DNA of 64,000 nucleotides from a plasmid. Both the position numbers and the translations under genes were made by a program. Positions 28,178 to 39,343 of the stretch are shown here, piece by piece. Below the pieces are notes generated by a model. The model was not told where the DNA came from. It ran no database searches and worked only from the letters and a program-made list of their open reading frames with translations. Positions within the stretch are counted from its first letter, which is position 1, and the number at the start of each line of letters is the position of its first letter. Where the stretch lies: sequence record NZ_CP118102.1; one strand, written 5' to 3'.

Positions 28178-29302
28178 TTGGGACTATTCAGAAAAAGCAA
28201 AATAATAGATACAGATGAACCAGTAGCAACTACGGATTCTGTAAAGAAGACAGCTGAGAGGTTGAAGTCTGACAAGGCAATAAAGGAACGAGCTCCAAAA
28301 TCAAGGACTGGAATGAAATTACTTAGAACGTGCGTTTGGATATTCGTCGGTTTTATCCTCATCAAAGGGTGCATGTCATTTGTTCAAGGTACACGTGTGG
28401 TAAACCAGACCATCATTAATGGAGAAACCGCTCCTGTAATTGAAGAAAGAGTTAAAGGATTCGCCGCGGATTATGCTTCAGAATACTTCACCTGGAATAT
28501 GAATAACTTCTCTGAGCGTTCAACACGATTGGCTGCTTTTGTGTCGGGCATTGATTCAGATGCAGGAATAAAATCTCTAGACGTTAAAGGATCAAGTCGT
28601 GTCCTGACAACAGAAGTATTTGATGCAAAACAACTAAACGAAAATCAAGTGGAAGTAACAGTGATGGTAAGAAGAGAAGTTGAAATTCCTACTGAACCAT
28701 CAAGCACAACACCTACGAATAATATTGAGAGTACTGAAAGAGCAGTATCAATAAACAAAGTCTACATGGTTGTACCAGTGACTGTAGCAGAAGAGGGGTT
28801 GGTAATCCGGTCGTATCCTCGGTTTGTTACCGAATTACCAAAAGGGGAAGCAACAACTACCTCGATAGGCCCATCAGTCTCCGACACAAATACGCTTGCT
28901 TTAGCGAAAGAATTAACCGGCAGCTTCCTTAGTGCTTGGTACGAAGGAAATGCTAGTCAGTTGCGTTATTTCTACTCAATTGCGGATGATGCTCCAAAAT
29001 CTCTGATCAAATCTTCATTCGTATTTGACCGAGTTGAAAGCCTCAATATGTACCGTATCGAAGATCAAAGTGAAACAATGAGAATTCAAGCGACAGTCAT
29101 CTTAAAAAGCGACATTGGCGAGTCATTTACTAACGCATGGTCACTCGACGTAACTGAGAAAGATGGCCGATTATATGTTCTTAAATCCTCCCAGGAAACC
29201 GAAAAAAATGATTCTGCCGTAGAGGAACAATTGACTGAAGAGCCACAACCGAATGTAGAAGAAACAACTCAGGTGCTGCCTGAGCCCAATAATGCAAATT
29301 AA
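28178..29302 (+). CDS. ConB/TcpC-like conjugative transfer membrane protein
   Basis: 374 aa. Basic N-terminus, a single transmembrane helix 'CVWIFVGFILIKGCM', then an extracytoplasmic domain. The position and gene order match ICEBs1 conB and pCW3 tcpC. Confidence 0.4.
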   Translation: MGLFRKSKIIDTDEPVATTDSVKKTAERLKSDKAIKERAPKSRTGMKLLRTCVWIFVGFILIKGCMSFVQGTRVVNQTIINGETAPVIEERVKGFAADYASEYFTWNMNNFSERSTRLAAFVSGIDSDAGIKSLDVKGSSRVLTTEVFDAKQLNENQVEVTVMVRREVEIPTEPSSTTPTNNIESTERAVSINKVYMVVPVTVAEEGLVIRSYPRFVTELPKGEATTTSIGPSVSDTNTLALAKELTGSFLSAWYEGNASQLRYFYSIADDAPKSLIKSSFVFDRVESLNMYRIEDQSETMRIQATVILKSDIGESFTNAWSLDVTEKDGRLYVLKSSQETEKNDSAVEEQLTEEPQPNVEETTQVLPEPNNAN

Positions 29303-29320
29303 TGAAAGGATGTTAACTAA

Positions 29321-29626
29321 ATGAAGATGTTTAAAAAGGATTTAATGATCCGTACTACATTAATGTCAAGTGCTCTTATGCTGATAGCTACTCCTGCTTT
29401 TGCAAGTGGTCCAGGAGTAAAGTTAGGTGATTGGCTTGAAACTAATATTGGTGGAGTTGTACCAGGAATCCTGATTGCTATCGGTGTTTATCATCTAATC
29501 AAACGCGATTGGATGAAACTAATCAGTTTTGTTGCAATTGCACTTGTAGTAGCTATCCTGATGAACTGGTCTGATGTACAAAAGCTAGCTAAGTACTTCT
29601 TTGACCAAATCTTCGGAGGCATCTAA
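29321..29626 (+). CDS. small membrane protein (ConC/TcpD-like position)
   Basis: 101 aa with a signal/transmembrane segment plus a second transmembrane helix. Confidence 0.3.
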   Translation: MKMFKKDLMIRTTLMSSALMLIATPAFASGPGVKLGDWLETNIGGVVPGILIAIGVYHLIKRDWMKLISFVAIALVVAILMNWSDVQKLAKYFFDQIFGGI

Positions 29627-30031
29627 ATGAGTGATAGACAATCAGAATCCCCACGAGTAACCGTATCTAATTACTCAAAGATATGGACCTGGGATTGGGT
29701 TATTTACGCTTTTGAAGGCAAGAAGTTACCGGTGCCTGCGAATGTTCGAGCTATCGGCACATTCTTCGCTTGTCTAGTATTTTGGTCGATTTTCGGTAAA
29801 ATATTATTTTTCCTGCCAGATGCTTATATTTATGTAGTCCTCCCATTTGTCTCTGCCTGGTTAATCATGAAACAAAAACTTGATGGGAAAGCGCCACATA
29901 AATGGCTACTTTCAATGATATTTCACTGGATAAGACCAAAACATCTTCGAAGATATCGACCGATTCAACACAATAAGCGATATACCTACGGCAGCAAAGT
30001 GGTTTATCGTACTCACCGGGAGCGTGCTTAA
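29627..30031 (+). CDS. small membrane protein (ConD/TcpE-like position)
   Basis: 134 aa with two transmembrane helices. Directly precedes the VirB4-like ATPase. Confidence 0.3.
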   Translation: MSDRQSESPRVTVSNYSKIWTWDWVIYAFEGKKLPVPANVRAIGTFFACLVFWSIFGKILFFLPDAYIYVVLPFVSAWLIMKQKLDGKAPHKWLLSMIFHWIRPKHLRRYRPIQHNKRYTYGSKVVYRTHRERA

Positions 30032-30067
30032 TACGCGCTCCTCTTTTTTAATAAGGAGGGTAGAACT

Positions 30068-32710
30068 ATGGGTGTGGAAGTGACTAAGCGACCAAATAAA
30101 ATAAACGTTGAGTTCCCTATTGCTTACTTTGAAGGAAACTTAATATTTAATCATAACAAGCAGGTGTGGGCCGTATATGAGCTAGATCCTTTCATATATG
30201 ACCATCAGAGTGACCAACAAAAAATAGATCGTCTGATTGCCCAAACCTCTTTCCTAAGCATGTTAACGGACCAATTCCAAATCCTATGGTTACCTAAAGC
30301 CCATGACATTGCTAAGCACCATGAAAAGCTTAGACAACGAAATACTGGACCGCTTAAAAGTTGGGGGAACAGGTATATCTCCGGAATGGAAGATTATCTA
30401 GGCGAAGCATACAACACATCGGATGGATCCAATAATGCGGAATATCGTCCCTATGTTGTTGTATACATCCCCAAGAGTGATGATAAGGATCTGGTAGAAC
30501 AAATAGAGAACGTATATACCGAAATGAAGAAAATGATTCTTCATCCTAAACGTTTTATTGAACATATTTCAGGTCTTAATGAACCAGAAATTTTCGAACA
30601 TGAATACCAGGCTTATATGGTAAAGGAGCGGCAAATATACGATCGTATTTCCCGCAGAATCAAAGTAAAACGAGGAACTCCTGCAACAACAGAGTGGCTA
30701 ATCAAGCGTAACTTCTGGTGGGGGATATCGGATCCAGTTCTCCGTTCGACGAAAGACAAACCATGGACTCCAAAGAAAAGAAAAGGAAACCGCGGCGGTC
30801 TTGATACATTCTTATATGACTCAAGACAAATTATCACTTTGACTGAGGCTGAAATTGATGGATCGCATCCTCGTAGATTGCAGATTAATCAGCCCCATGA
30901 AGGCCAGGACGATTACATCTACCATACGTATCTTACCGTTTCTGAACTTCCAGATAATATGGATATGCCGGGAAGTGAGTGGCTTTACAGTGCAGCTACA
31001 TTGCCATTTCCAGTTCAAATGAGCATTAAAGTGGAAGTGATAGAAGCACCTGAAGCAATTAAGAAACTAGCAAAGAAAAAAACTGACATCGACAACCAGG
31101 TAAAGAACGTGCATGAAGCTGGTGCAACCGTACCTCTTGAACTTGCTGAAAAGCAAGAAAGGGCATTACTGCTCGAAGACGAGTATAAGAAAAGAAAGAA
31201 CCAAACCTTCATTACACATATTACCTTTGGGCTGTACCATACGGATATTAATCTCTTAAAAAGTAATGCCAAGATATTGCAGGATCATTTCAGAGATTTC
31301 GGAAACATACATGTTGAATTACCTGCAGGTGATCAATGGTTACTCTTTAATGATTTTATCCCTGGATCCCCCCGCTATGTTTCAGACTATATTCAAAGAA
31401 TCCCTCCTGAAACATTGGCTTCCGGAATGTTTGGGGCAACTCAACAGTTAGGAGATAACATTGGGGTCTATATAGGCACAACGGGGTCATTACAACAACC
31501 TGTATTTGTTGATCTTAGGCACGCTAGCCAAATCAATAGATCACCGTCTTTTACCATAAGCGGAACACTCGGAGGCGGTAAATCCGTCCTGCTAAACTTG
31601 TTAGGATATATTAACGCAGTATGCGGAGGAAAAACTCTAATATTCGACCCTAAGGGTGAACGTTCTCATTGGCCGGATATGCTGCCTGAGCTAAAAGGAC
31701 AAATTCAAGTGGCTACCTTATCTGCTTCTCATGAGGATCAAGGGAAGCTGGATCCTTTTGTGATGCTACAAAATATTGAAGATGCTAAAGAAGCAGCGAT
31801 GGACATTTTATCATACTTAGCATCTGTACAGAGTGATCGGGTAGAGTACAGTTACATATCTCAAGCGGTCACAAGAGTAGCTTCCGAACCGAAACCTTAC
31901 TTAAAAAAATGTATTGATGTCCTGCGACAAATGGGTGAGACTAGACAACCGGCTGCTGTGGTAGCTGAAGTACTCGACAGTTTCAGTAACTTATCATTTG
32001 CCAAGTTACTTTTTGGTAACGGGGAACAAAAAACAATTGACTTAAACTATGCGATGAACATTTTACAGGTTCAGAATCTTAAAATGCCTCCTGTAGAAAA
32101 GCCTCCCGGGAACTACTCCTTGGTTGAGAAAATGTCTGTAGCCACGATGTATTCAATTGGTCGATTCATGGATACCTTCATTTATTTTGATCGCTCGGTC
32201 TTTACACTTGCCGAAATGGATGAGGCATGGGCGATCCTGCGAACTCAAATCGGGAAGGAAATGGCCGATCGTGTAATTCGTACGGGGCGCTCTCTAAATG
32301 GCGGACTTGGAATTGCGACTCAAAACCCTACAGATGTAGCTGGTGACCTTGCTGGTAACATTGGAATGAAGTTTGCGTTTAGGGACTCAGACACAGCCAA
32401 GATCAAAAGTACGCTTTCCTACTTTGGATTGGAGCACACTCAAGAAAATATTGATCTAATTAAGAATCTTGATAATGGGCAATGTCTCATGCAGGATATT
32501 TACGGCCGAAATGGTGTACTTACAGTAGATGTTGTATTTCAACGTCTCTTTGATTGTTTTGATACTAGACCACCTGAAGAGGATAGTTCAGAAACAAGAG
32601 AGGAAACAGAGTATACAATACTTGAGAAATTCCAAGAACACTATGAGCAGTATGCTGCTGCAGGTGATGTAGGAGGGGAGCTTGATGGAGAAGACCCCGA
32701 CCATGATTAA
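30068..32710 (+). CDS. VirB4/ConE/TcpF-like conjugation ATPase
   Basis: 880 aa. Walker A 'ISGTLGGGKSVLLN' and Walker B 'FTLAEMDEAW'. An acidic C-terminus. Confidence 0.75.
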   Translation: MGVEVTKRPNKINVEFPIAYFEGNLIFNHNKQVWAVYELDPFIYDHQSDQQKIDRLIAQTSFLSMLTDQFQILWLPKAHDIAKHHEKLRQRNTGPLKSWGNRYISGMEDYLGEAYNTSDGSNNAEYRPYVVVYIPKSDDKDLVEQIENVYTEMKKMILHPKRFIEHISGLNEPEIFEHEYQAYMVKERQIYDRISRRIKVKRGTPATTEWLIKRNFWWGISDPVLRSTKDKPWTPKKRKGNRGGLDTFLYDSRQIITLTEAEIDGSHPRRLQINQPHEGQDDYIYHTYLTVSELPDNMDMPGSEWLYSAATLPFPVQMSIKVEVIEAPEAIKKLAKKKTDIDNQVKNVHEAGATVPLELAEKQERALLLEDEYKKRKNQTFITHITFGLYHTDINLLKSNAKILQDHFRDFGNIHVELPAGDQWLLFNDFIPGSPRYVSDYIQRIPPETLASGMFGATQQLGDNIGVYIGTTGSLQQPVFVDLRHASQINRSPSFTISGTLGGGKSVLLNLLGYINAVCGGKTLIFDPKGERSHWPDMLPELKGQIQVATLSASHEDQGKLDPFVMLQNIEDAKEAAMDILSYLASVQSDRVEYSYISQAVTRVASEPKPYLKKCIDVLRQMGETRQPAAVVAEVLDSFSNLSFAKLLFGNGEQKTIDLNYAMNILQVQNLKMPPVEKPPGNYSLVEKMSVATMYSIGRFMDTFIYFDRSVFTLAEMDEAWAILRTQIGKEMADRVIRTGRSLNGGLGIATQNPTDVAGDLAGNIGMKFAFRDSDTAKIKSTLSYFGLEHTQENIDLIKNLDNGQCLMQDIYGRNGVLTVDVVFQRLFDCFDTRPPEEDSSETREETEYTILEKFQEHYEQYAAAGDVGGELDGEDPDHD

Positions 32711-35534
32711 GCGAGGAGTGAAAATAAGGAAGTCTCTTGTATTGCTAGGTGTAATAGTATCATTTCTCCTAGTCTTGATACTTCCTACAGTAGTAGAAGC
32801 ATCCTCCATCGATGAAATGATTCCTTCTGACAACAACAAAGAAGGGATATATAACAAGTATGGAGCAACCAACTATTCATTTCAAACACTGATCCCAGAG
32901 CGATCATTCTGGCAAATAGGTCAGAAAGCTTCGGACGGTATAATCAGGGTTTATGATCATGTACTAAGTTTCTTTTTTCTTGTCCTAGTTCAAATCACTC
33001 GTTTATTCACCTTTTTATCTCATCAAGCATTTACATTTTCCTTTATGGATCAATTAATCGATGCTGCTGAGGATATTATTCAAAGTGTCGCAGGGGTGAA
33101 TAACGGTCTCTTAGGTAACGGTCTATGGGGGAGTCTCTTGGGGATTTTTGCTTCCATTACCGTTCTTTATATCTTGTTTAATATGCTTCGAGGAAGATAC
33201 ATGGATGGATATCAATCCGCATTAGGCTTCGTAATGGCTCTTGTCATATGTCTCGGTTTTATTTCAAACGCAGGCACCATTATTAAGTCTTTTAATGGGA
33301 TCGGCAACGAGGTGGGGGGGATGATGTACTCCATGCTCGCCAAAACAACTGGTCTTAATACTGATCCTAACAATGGTGTAGGAACGATCTCAGAACAAGT
33401 ATGGAATGAGCTAGTAGTTCGACCCTACACCATGCTCCAGTTTGATGATCCAGACGTTCAAAAAAAAGACCCTCAACTTTTTAACGAAGTTCTTTCAACA
33501 GCACCATTTTCAGATGAACGAGAAGCAGTTTTACAGAAGGCACTAAGTAAGTACCCCGACATTGGGCGAGAAAGACCATATGAACAGATGCTAATACTTG
33601 TGTGTTACTATGCATTCTCCATTTTTACACTTGGGTTATTTATCTTCTGGGCTGTCCTTTCTATATTCTATCGTTTGAAACTGCTAATTCATGCAGCTGT
33701 TATGGCCGTAACGTTACTTGCAACGCTTCTTCCAGGTAAAGAAGCTGGGTTCAACTCTATGAAGCAACAATTCATCAAATTAATAGGTCTTTGTGTAATG
33801 ACCGCCTTTGTCATGTTTTTCTTAAGTCTATCCCTAGTATTTGGACATCTATCCTTTGATGTTGTCTATTCAGCAGGAGCAGGCTGGTTTACCGCAATGA
33901 TAGTAGAGGCAATTGTAGTTGTTGTTATATTCAAATATCGTAACGAGATTGGACAAGTTTTCAGCAAAGCAGCCGGTCATATTCCAATGCCGGAACGTGC
34001 CAAATCCACTGTTGTAGATACATTACAGCGTGGTGCAACGAGAACCTTGTATCACAGTACTGCTGGTAAAATCAGTAGCATGTTTAACCGAAAAGAGCAT
34101 GAAGGAGTTCCTAGTACATTTACTCCGTCTTCTCTCAGTACTGCCGGCACCAACATTAACGATGCTACTACAGCAAGTATGGTCCTGCGTTACCAGCGAG
34201 AGAAACAAGCTGCCGAACAAATTTCTAATGAATCTGGAGCAGAGGCACAATATTCTCCTTTTGTTCAGAAAGTAAATGAGAATCTTCGGAATGGCAGTAA
34301 AAATCCTTTCCGTGGGTTGGACAAAGAATGGAAAGAAGAGAAGAACAGATTGTCGTCTGTCAAAACTGATGGTGGAGATATGCGTAACGCGATTCTTATG
34401 CAGGGCGTAAATGAGAACATGAATGATCAAGAGGTTGCATCAACATTGTATTCAAATGAGAATGCAATCCGAGAAGCAAGTTCCTTCATGGTGAATCGAC
34501 CAAAACAGGCTATAAACCAACTCGACAGGGCCAAAACACTCAATCGGAATCGTAAACTCGAAACTGCAGTGGATGATTTTGTTATGGTCCAATTGTTCCA
34601 AAGGTACAAAACGGAATATAAGCAAGCTGTTGATACCTCCATCGAGACGGGTGAACCAATCAGACACTCTGACTTTGTAAAGAAAATGGATGGTCGATTT
34701 AAGGAAGCAGGGCTCAGCAACACCAACAAAGTAAACACTACGATGCTATCAAGAAAAAGTAGGATTGCCGTTGCTACTCATTTCCAATCGATGCCTGAGT
34801 ATGGAGCACAGAAGGAGCGGCTACTAAAAGCTAATGACTCATTCCGAAGGGTAGCCGTACAAAATGGTGGAATATCTGAAGTACCTAAAATTCAGCTAAA
34901 TCCTTTACAGAATCCTGCTACTATTATGAAAAATATGCCTCCTCTACCAACGGCTCAGTTCGGATCTAGAGGAAATAAGTATAGTGCAGGAAGCTTTAAT
35001 ACTACTAAATCTGTACCATCATCAATATTGTCGGCTCCTGCAGTACCTGCAGCTCTTGCAGCTCCTGTAACTTTACCATCCGTTCCTGATCCTAAGAAGA
35101 CTATGAACAATGTTAAGGGTAAGAATATCGCAACTCAATTTAACGTTCCTATGTCTGTTACAGCAACTCCTGTGACCGATCCTAAACTAACCATTAACAA
35201 TGTTAAATTTAGTAATCCGGATCTTAAGAACAAGATTGAAGCTTCACGTGCCAATCTCAAAAACAGCATCACTACGGATGACCTTCAAGACATGCGGCTT
35301 GAAATTGATACTAATGCAAAAACCGAAGTGGTCATGAATTTGAGGAATAAGGTAACTGGTGAAGTAACAGGTGGACTAGATGATATGAAAGCGTCCCTTG
35401 AAATCATGAAAAAGGCCCGCGGTCAGCTGCATCGCGCTGAAGTTTCTTCTGCCAATCGTAACATTGAGAAAACAGTGGCAAATAAAGCGCAAAGCGGTAG
35501 AAAACAAACCAGGGTCCTAAAACAGCTTGAGTAG
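32682..35534 (+). CDS. VirB6/ConG/TcpH-like polytopic channel protein
   Basis: 950 aa. About 8 transmembrane helices in the first 430 aa, then a long hydrophilic C-terminal region. Overlaps the ATPase gene, which is consistent with an operon. Confidence 0.5.
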   Translation: MMEKTPTMIKRGVKIRKSLVLLGVIVSFLLVLILPTVVEASSIDEMIPSDNNKEGIYNKYGATNYSFQTLIPERSFWQIGQKASDGIIRVYDHVLSFFFLVLVQITRLFTFLSHQAFTFSFMDQLIDAAEDIIQSVAGVNNGLLGNGLWGSLLGIFASITVLYILFNMLRGRYMDGYQSALGFVMALVICLGFISNAGTIIKSFNGIGNEVGGMMYSMLAKTTGLNTDPNNGVGTISEQVWNELVVRPYTMLQFDDPDVQKKDPQLFNEVLSTAPFSDEREAVLQKALSKYPDIGRERPYEQMLILVCYYAFSIFTLGLFIFWAVLSIFYRLKLLIHAAVMAVTLLATLLPGKEAGFNSMKQQFIKLIGLCVMTAFVMFFLSLSLVFGHLSFDVVYSAGAGWFTAMIVEAIVVVVIFKYRNEIGQVFSKAAGHIPMPERAKSTVVDTLQRGATRTLYHSTAGKISSMFNRKEHEGVPSTFTPSSLSTAGTNINDATTASMVLRYQREKQAAEQISNESGAEAQYSPFVQKVNENLRNGSKNPFRGLDKEWKEEKNRLSSVKTDGGDMRNAILMQGVNENMNDQEVASTLYSNENAIREASSFMVNRPKQAINQLDRAKTLNRNRKLETAVDDFVMVQLFQRYKTEYKQAVDTSIETGEPIRHSDFVKKMDGRFKEAGLSNTNKVNTTMLSRKSRIAVATHFQSMPEYGAQKERLLKANDSFRRVAVQNGGISEVPKIQLNPLQNPATIMKNMPPLPTAQFGSRGNKYSAGSFNTTKSVPSSILSAPAVPAALAAPVTLPSVPDPKKTMNNVKGKNIATQFNVPMSVTATPVTDPKLTINNVKFSNPDLKNKIEASRANLKNSITTDDLQDMRLEIDTNAKTEVVMNLRNKVTGEVTGGLDDMKASLEIMKKARGQLHRAEVSSANRNIEKTVANKAQSGRKQTRVLKQLE

Positions 35535-35551
35535 TAAGGGGGCGTACTATT

Positions 35552-37402
35552 TTGCTAGACAAGAAAGCTATTATTGGTGAAGCATTGCAAGGTGGTTTGA
35601 ATAAGGAAAACCTTAAGCAACGAATCAAAAATGAAGCGATAAAGCGACTGCTCAATAAAGTATCAACATCGTTATTGAAAAACCCTGTGTTTTGGATCGT
35701 AACTGCAGTGCTGGCTGGAATCTTCATGTTCTTCTTTCTGATCGCAGCGCTAGTTTCATCTACAACCGTCGTTGCTTCTTCTGCATTTGTATCTGAAAGG
35801 GTGTTACCTCCTCAAATTTACTATCGTGATCTGGATAAGATCATAACCAGTGAGTTTGGGGAGCGAACTGACCCTGTTTTTGGAACGAAAGCTTTCCATA
35901 AAGGAATTGATTTCGGTATACCCGTGGGCACTCCAATCATCAGCTCATTCGATGGCGTTGTAACAACCGTGAGTTATCCGTCTACAAACTCAACGGAAAG
36001 TAATTCAAATGCCGGTATATATGTCTCGGTTAAAAGTTCTGATCCTGAGCTTTCATCCACCACAAGATACCTTCATTTGAGTGAAGCATTCGTCGAGCCA
36101 GGTCAATTGGTTCGTCGAGGGGAAATCATTGGACTATCGGGGAACACTGGTAAGTCTACAGGTCCTCATCTTCATTATGAGTGGATTCCTGAAGGGGAAG
36201 AGCCAGTTGACCCTACTCCTTTCATAATGCTCATGTCTAAGGCAACGGATACTGCTAGTAAAGAAGCTTTTAAGTATTTCGATAAGGTGAAATTTTCTAA
36301 AGAAGATGGAGATTATGATTATTTTTCAAATAAGATGCTCTATTTAAGCGGAGTCTATATGGAATCTGCTGCACCTCCATTTAGCAATATGGGAACTGTA
36401 ACGACACGAAATGTTCAGACTGGCGCGTCCAGCTCAACAACTGGGGAGGGAACTGAAACTTCAGAAGACGTACCTGAAGTTTCAGTTCCACCAAATCTAG
36501 GTTCACTAACTCATCCCTTCTTTATTGAGTATGCTGCCGCTGCCATGGAAGAAGAACGCAGAAGCGGGGTACCTGCAAGTGTCACTCTTGCACAAGCTGC
36601 GCTCGAATCAGGGTATGGTCAACGAAGCGTATGTAATAACGTTTTTGGTATCAAAGCATCCAAAGGGTGGAAAGGTCCTACTTGTTCATCTCCAACTAAA
36701 GAAGAATATGGTGGTAACATTGTCACGATCGTTGGTACGTTCCGTGCCTACTCTAGTGTAGAGCAATCATTTGCAGATCATTCAGCTTTTCTTTTAGAAA
36801 ACCCTCGCTATCGTTTTGCTTTAGCCCAGGATAATCCCTATGCCTTCGCAAATGAATTACAACGGGCAGGATATGCTACAGATAGCCAATATGCAAATAA
36901 GCTTAAGAGTATTATGAGAAGTCAGAATCTCGTCTCCCTCGATGCCAACGGAGGAATTGATCCTGCAACTGGACAGCCTTTCAATGATGTACCATTCGGT
37001 AGTGGGGGAGGAAGTGTAGGAAGCGGTGGAAGCGGTGGAAGCAGCAGAGGGAGTGTAAATACTGATGGTACTGTAACTCTCGTATTCGGCATCCAGCAAT
37101 TTTATGGTAACTATGCAAAGCAGGTATACCGATCAACGTCAACTGTTACAGACTCCAAAACCGGTAAAACACAAACTAGTCAAACGGTTACTAAATCCGA
37201 TCTAATCGATCCGACTTTTAATAAACCAATCATTAATTCAGTTAATTATAATAACGTGGTGAACAATGGAGGTTACGGGGAGACTGAAGGACCTAATCTA
37301 TTTGTTAAGGACCTTCCTGCAGCTATTGCAGTAACTCTTTCCAGTGGTACCGATGAGGAACTTTATATCTCTAACGTTCAGTACGTAAGGGGGACATACT
37401 AA
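35552..37402 (+). CDS. bifunctional cell-wall hydrolase (M23 peptidase + FlgJ-like glucosaminidase), CwlT/TcpG-like
   Basis: 616 aa with an N-terminal transmembrane helix. M23 motifs 'HKGIDFGIPVGTPI' and 'GNTGKSTGPHLHYE'. Glucosaminidase motif 'VTLAQAALESGYGQ'. A Gly-rich linker 'GSGGGSVGSGGSGGS'. Confidence 0.8.
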   Translation: MLDKKAIIGEALQGGLNKENLKQRIKNEAIKRLLNKVSTSLLKNPVFWIVTAVLAGIFMFFFLIAALVSSTTVVASSAFVSERVLPPQIYYRDLDKIITSEFGERTDPVFGTKAFHKGIDFGIPVGTPIISSFDGVVTTVSYPSTNSTESNSNAGIYVSVKSSDPELSSTTRYLHLSEAFVEPGQLVRRGEIIGLSGNTGKSTGPHLHYEWIPEGEEPVDPTPFIMLMSKATDTASKEAFKYFDKVKFSKEDGDYDYFSNKMLYLSGVYMESAAPPFSNMGTVTTRNVQTGASSSTTGEGTETSEDVPEVSVPPNLGSLTHPFFIEYAAAAMEEERRSGVPASVTLAQAALESGYGQRSVCNNVFGIKASKGWKGPTCSSPTKEEYGGNIVTIVGTFRAYSSVEQSFADHSAFLLENPRYRFALAQDNPYAFANELQRAGYATDSQYANKLKSIMRSQNLVSLDANGGIDPATGQPFNDVPFGSGGGSVGSGGSGGSSRGSVNTDGTVTLVFGIQQFYGNYAKQVYRSTSTVTDSKTGKTQTSQTVTKSDLIDPTFNKPIINSVNYNNVVNNGGYGETEGPNLFVKDLPAAIAVTLSSGTDEELYISNVQYVRGTY

Positions 37403-37800
37403 TGAATGTACAATTAGTTGAACAGTTACAGACCGAAACATACTTTATGCTTAATTTAGAAATCACTTTCACCGGCTTAAAAGAATGGTTTCATATGGCT
37501 GGAATGCAATGCGATGATGTATCCCTTTTTCAAAGTATCCTGATGCCAGAAAAGATATCACCGGAGAAGCAAGTTGAATTTGCACAGTTGATACTGTATC
37601 GACATGAGGATGTCTTCTTCCAGATGCATCGAGGATTATCTGCCGAAGAGCCGCTTCATCAGTTACTCATACAATTGCTGAACGTTAGAACTCTTCATGG
37701 TGAGGAGACTGCTATCCTTGATCTATGGGAAAAATTGAACCTTGATCGCAAAGAAACGGATCCAAAGTACCGTTCTATTTACGAGTTGTTTAGCAATTAG
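37402..37800 (+). CDS. hypothetical protein
   Basis: 132 aa with a start codon that overlaps the stop of the hydrolase gene. Confidence 0.35.
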   Translation: MNVQLVEQLQTETYFMLNLEITFTGLKEWFHMAGMQCDDVSLFQSILMPEKISPEKQVEFAQLILYRHEDVFFQMHRGLSAEEPLHQLLIQLLNVRTLHGEETAILDLWEKLNLDRKETDPKYRSIYELFSN

Positions 37801-38055
37801 TATTCTATTTTCCTGCAAAAAGTTTATTTAACCGCTTGGGGAAGCATAACAATTAATACTGGGGTAATAGATGGGTCGATTGAAGGCCTTTCTATTGCCC
37901 CTTTTCCATAATTAGACTATAATCATTGTATTACTATTAAATGAATTATTTTTCTTTGCTGCTATATTTCAGCGAAGAGAGGAGCATGTTGTTCATATTC
38001 GACAACGATAAATAATTGCCTTGATGCAAAAGGATGGAGCAGGCCCTATTCAGGT

Positions 38056-38517
38056 GTGCTTTTATTTTTGCGTTCAGGGCTTATTTATTTTCATCTATCT
38101 CAGAGAAAAGGGGGTAATAAAGACGTGGATTACCGTAAGGAAAATTGGTCCTACGAGTTAGAGTGTTTCCGGAAAGCGGTGAATGGGGGCGTTGACGGCT
38201 TCATCATTGAAATTGCCGATCATTACTTAAATGATCGCCTTGACAATGAAGAGTACGAGGATCGTACATATACTCAAATCGATATCGCCGTAGCCATTTT
38301 TAACGGAAAAATAATTGAAGGATATTCAAGTGAAGATAATCGGATAAGGGAATCTCGCTCCATGGGACTAGTTACCCCTAGCCGTTTAGTTCTCGGCAAA
38401 GATCTTCAGGGAAATTGGTTCATTATTGTAGTTGGATTGCTCACAAGCAAGCATTTCAAGGTGGTTACTTGTTACCCTCCTGGAAAACGCCATCTTCCGT
38501 ATATCGAGAATTTTTAA
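38056..38517 (+). CDS. hypothetical protein, toxin-like (DUF4258-like C-terminus?)
   Basis: 153 aa. The C-terminal 'FKVVTCYPPGKRH' resembles small RelE-like/DUF4258 toxins. Followed at 60 nt by a zinc-finger gene. Confidence 0.25.
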   Translation: MLLFLRSGLIYFHLSQRKGGNKDVDYRKENWSYELECFRKAVNGGVDGFIIEIADHYLNDRLDNEEYEDRTYTQIDIAVAIFNGKIIEGYSSEDNRIRESRSMGLVTPSRLVLGKDLQGNWFIIVVGLLTSKHFKVVTCYPPGKRHLPYIENF

Positions 38518-38576
38518 TGAGCTGAAATTTTTTGGAGAAACGGAGTTCCGTGATACAATAAGGTTAGAAGGAGGCG

Positions 38577-38858
38577 TTGTGCATGACGACTCATTGTGAC
38601 CGTTGCAAAGGGGAGTACGTAAATATGATAACCACCAAAACCCAAGTATTTGAAGGTGGCACTTTAATTGTTTCCGATGTTCCTGCAAGAAAATGCGAAT
38701 GTGAGGTACTAACGCAAATTCCTGATGGAGTTATTATGGAAGGTTATAAGATGCTGCTCGAAAAGAATGGAATTGTTGGTGATGTGACGGTATCGTTGGC
38801 TAAGCTCAAAGAGCATTTCACGCCAATGGATTTTATTAGACCGCATATCAGTACTTAA
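38577..38858 (+). CDS. YgiT/MqsA-type zinc-finger protein (antitoxin-like)
   Basis: 93 aa. 'HCDRCKG...ARKCECEV' gives two CxxC pairs in the spacing of the YgiT-type zinc finger. Confidence 0.4.
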   Translation: MCMTTHCDRCKGEYVNMITTKTQVFEGGTLIVSDVPARKCECEVLTQIPDGVIMEGYKMLLEKNGIVGDVTVSLAKLKEHFTPMDFIRPHIST

Positions 38859-39083
38859 CCAGGAGTTATAAAAAGAGAAGTCCCAAGTAGAGTTTTACGT
38901 TAAAAAACGTGATTCTTGTTGGGGCTTTTTTTATTTTCTATGGACTATAAAAAACTATTGGAAGGACTGATCCTTTTGCCACATAAAAACACGGATAAGA
39001 CGAAAGTTCTGCTACTCATGAGTTATATTATCGGTCTTTGTCTGATAATTGATCACTTAGTTTTCGGGTAACGATCCAAAAAA

Positions 39084-39293
39084 ATGGGGGGAATAGATAT
39101 GAATAATTGCGAGCGCAGGTTTGATGGAGGACTGTTAGTCGTGACAAACATTGGAGATGAGGATGTTCAATTCATGAAGAAGATTGAGCAATACACCCAA
39201 CTCCTCAATCAACTTAAGGTATACGGCACCGTAGAAGTGACTTTGGCTGATCTGACACGAAGACTCAACGCAAAGTTAACTTCGATTGCGTAA
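39084..39293 (+). CDS. small hypothetical protein
   Basis: 69 aa with an RBS 'ggggggaatag'. Followed by the terminator at 39318-39343. Confidence 0.3.
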   Translation: MGGIDMNNCERRFDGGLLVVTNIGDEDVQFMKKIEQYTQLLNQLKVYGTVEVTLADLTRRLNAKLTSIA

Positions 39294-39317
39294 CGCAAAA
39301 TAAGGATGGCCATAAAG

Positions 39318-39343
39318 AGAGCGACATGAGCGCTCTTTTTTTT
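39318..39343 (+). terminator. intrinsic terminator
   Basis: 'AGAGCGacatgagCGCTCTtttttttt'. Confidence 0.55.
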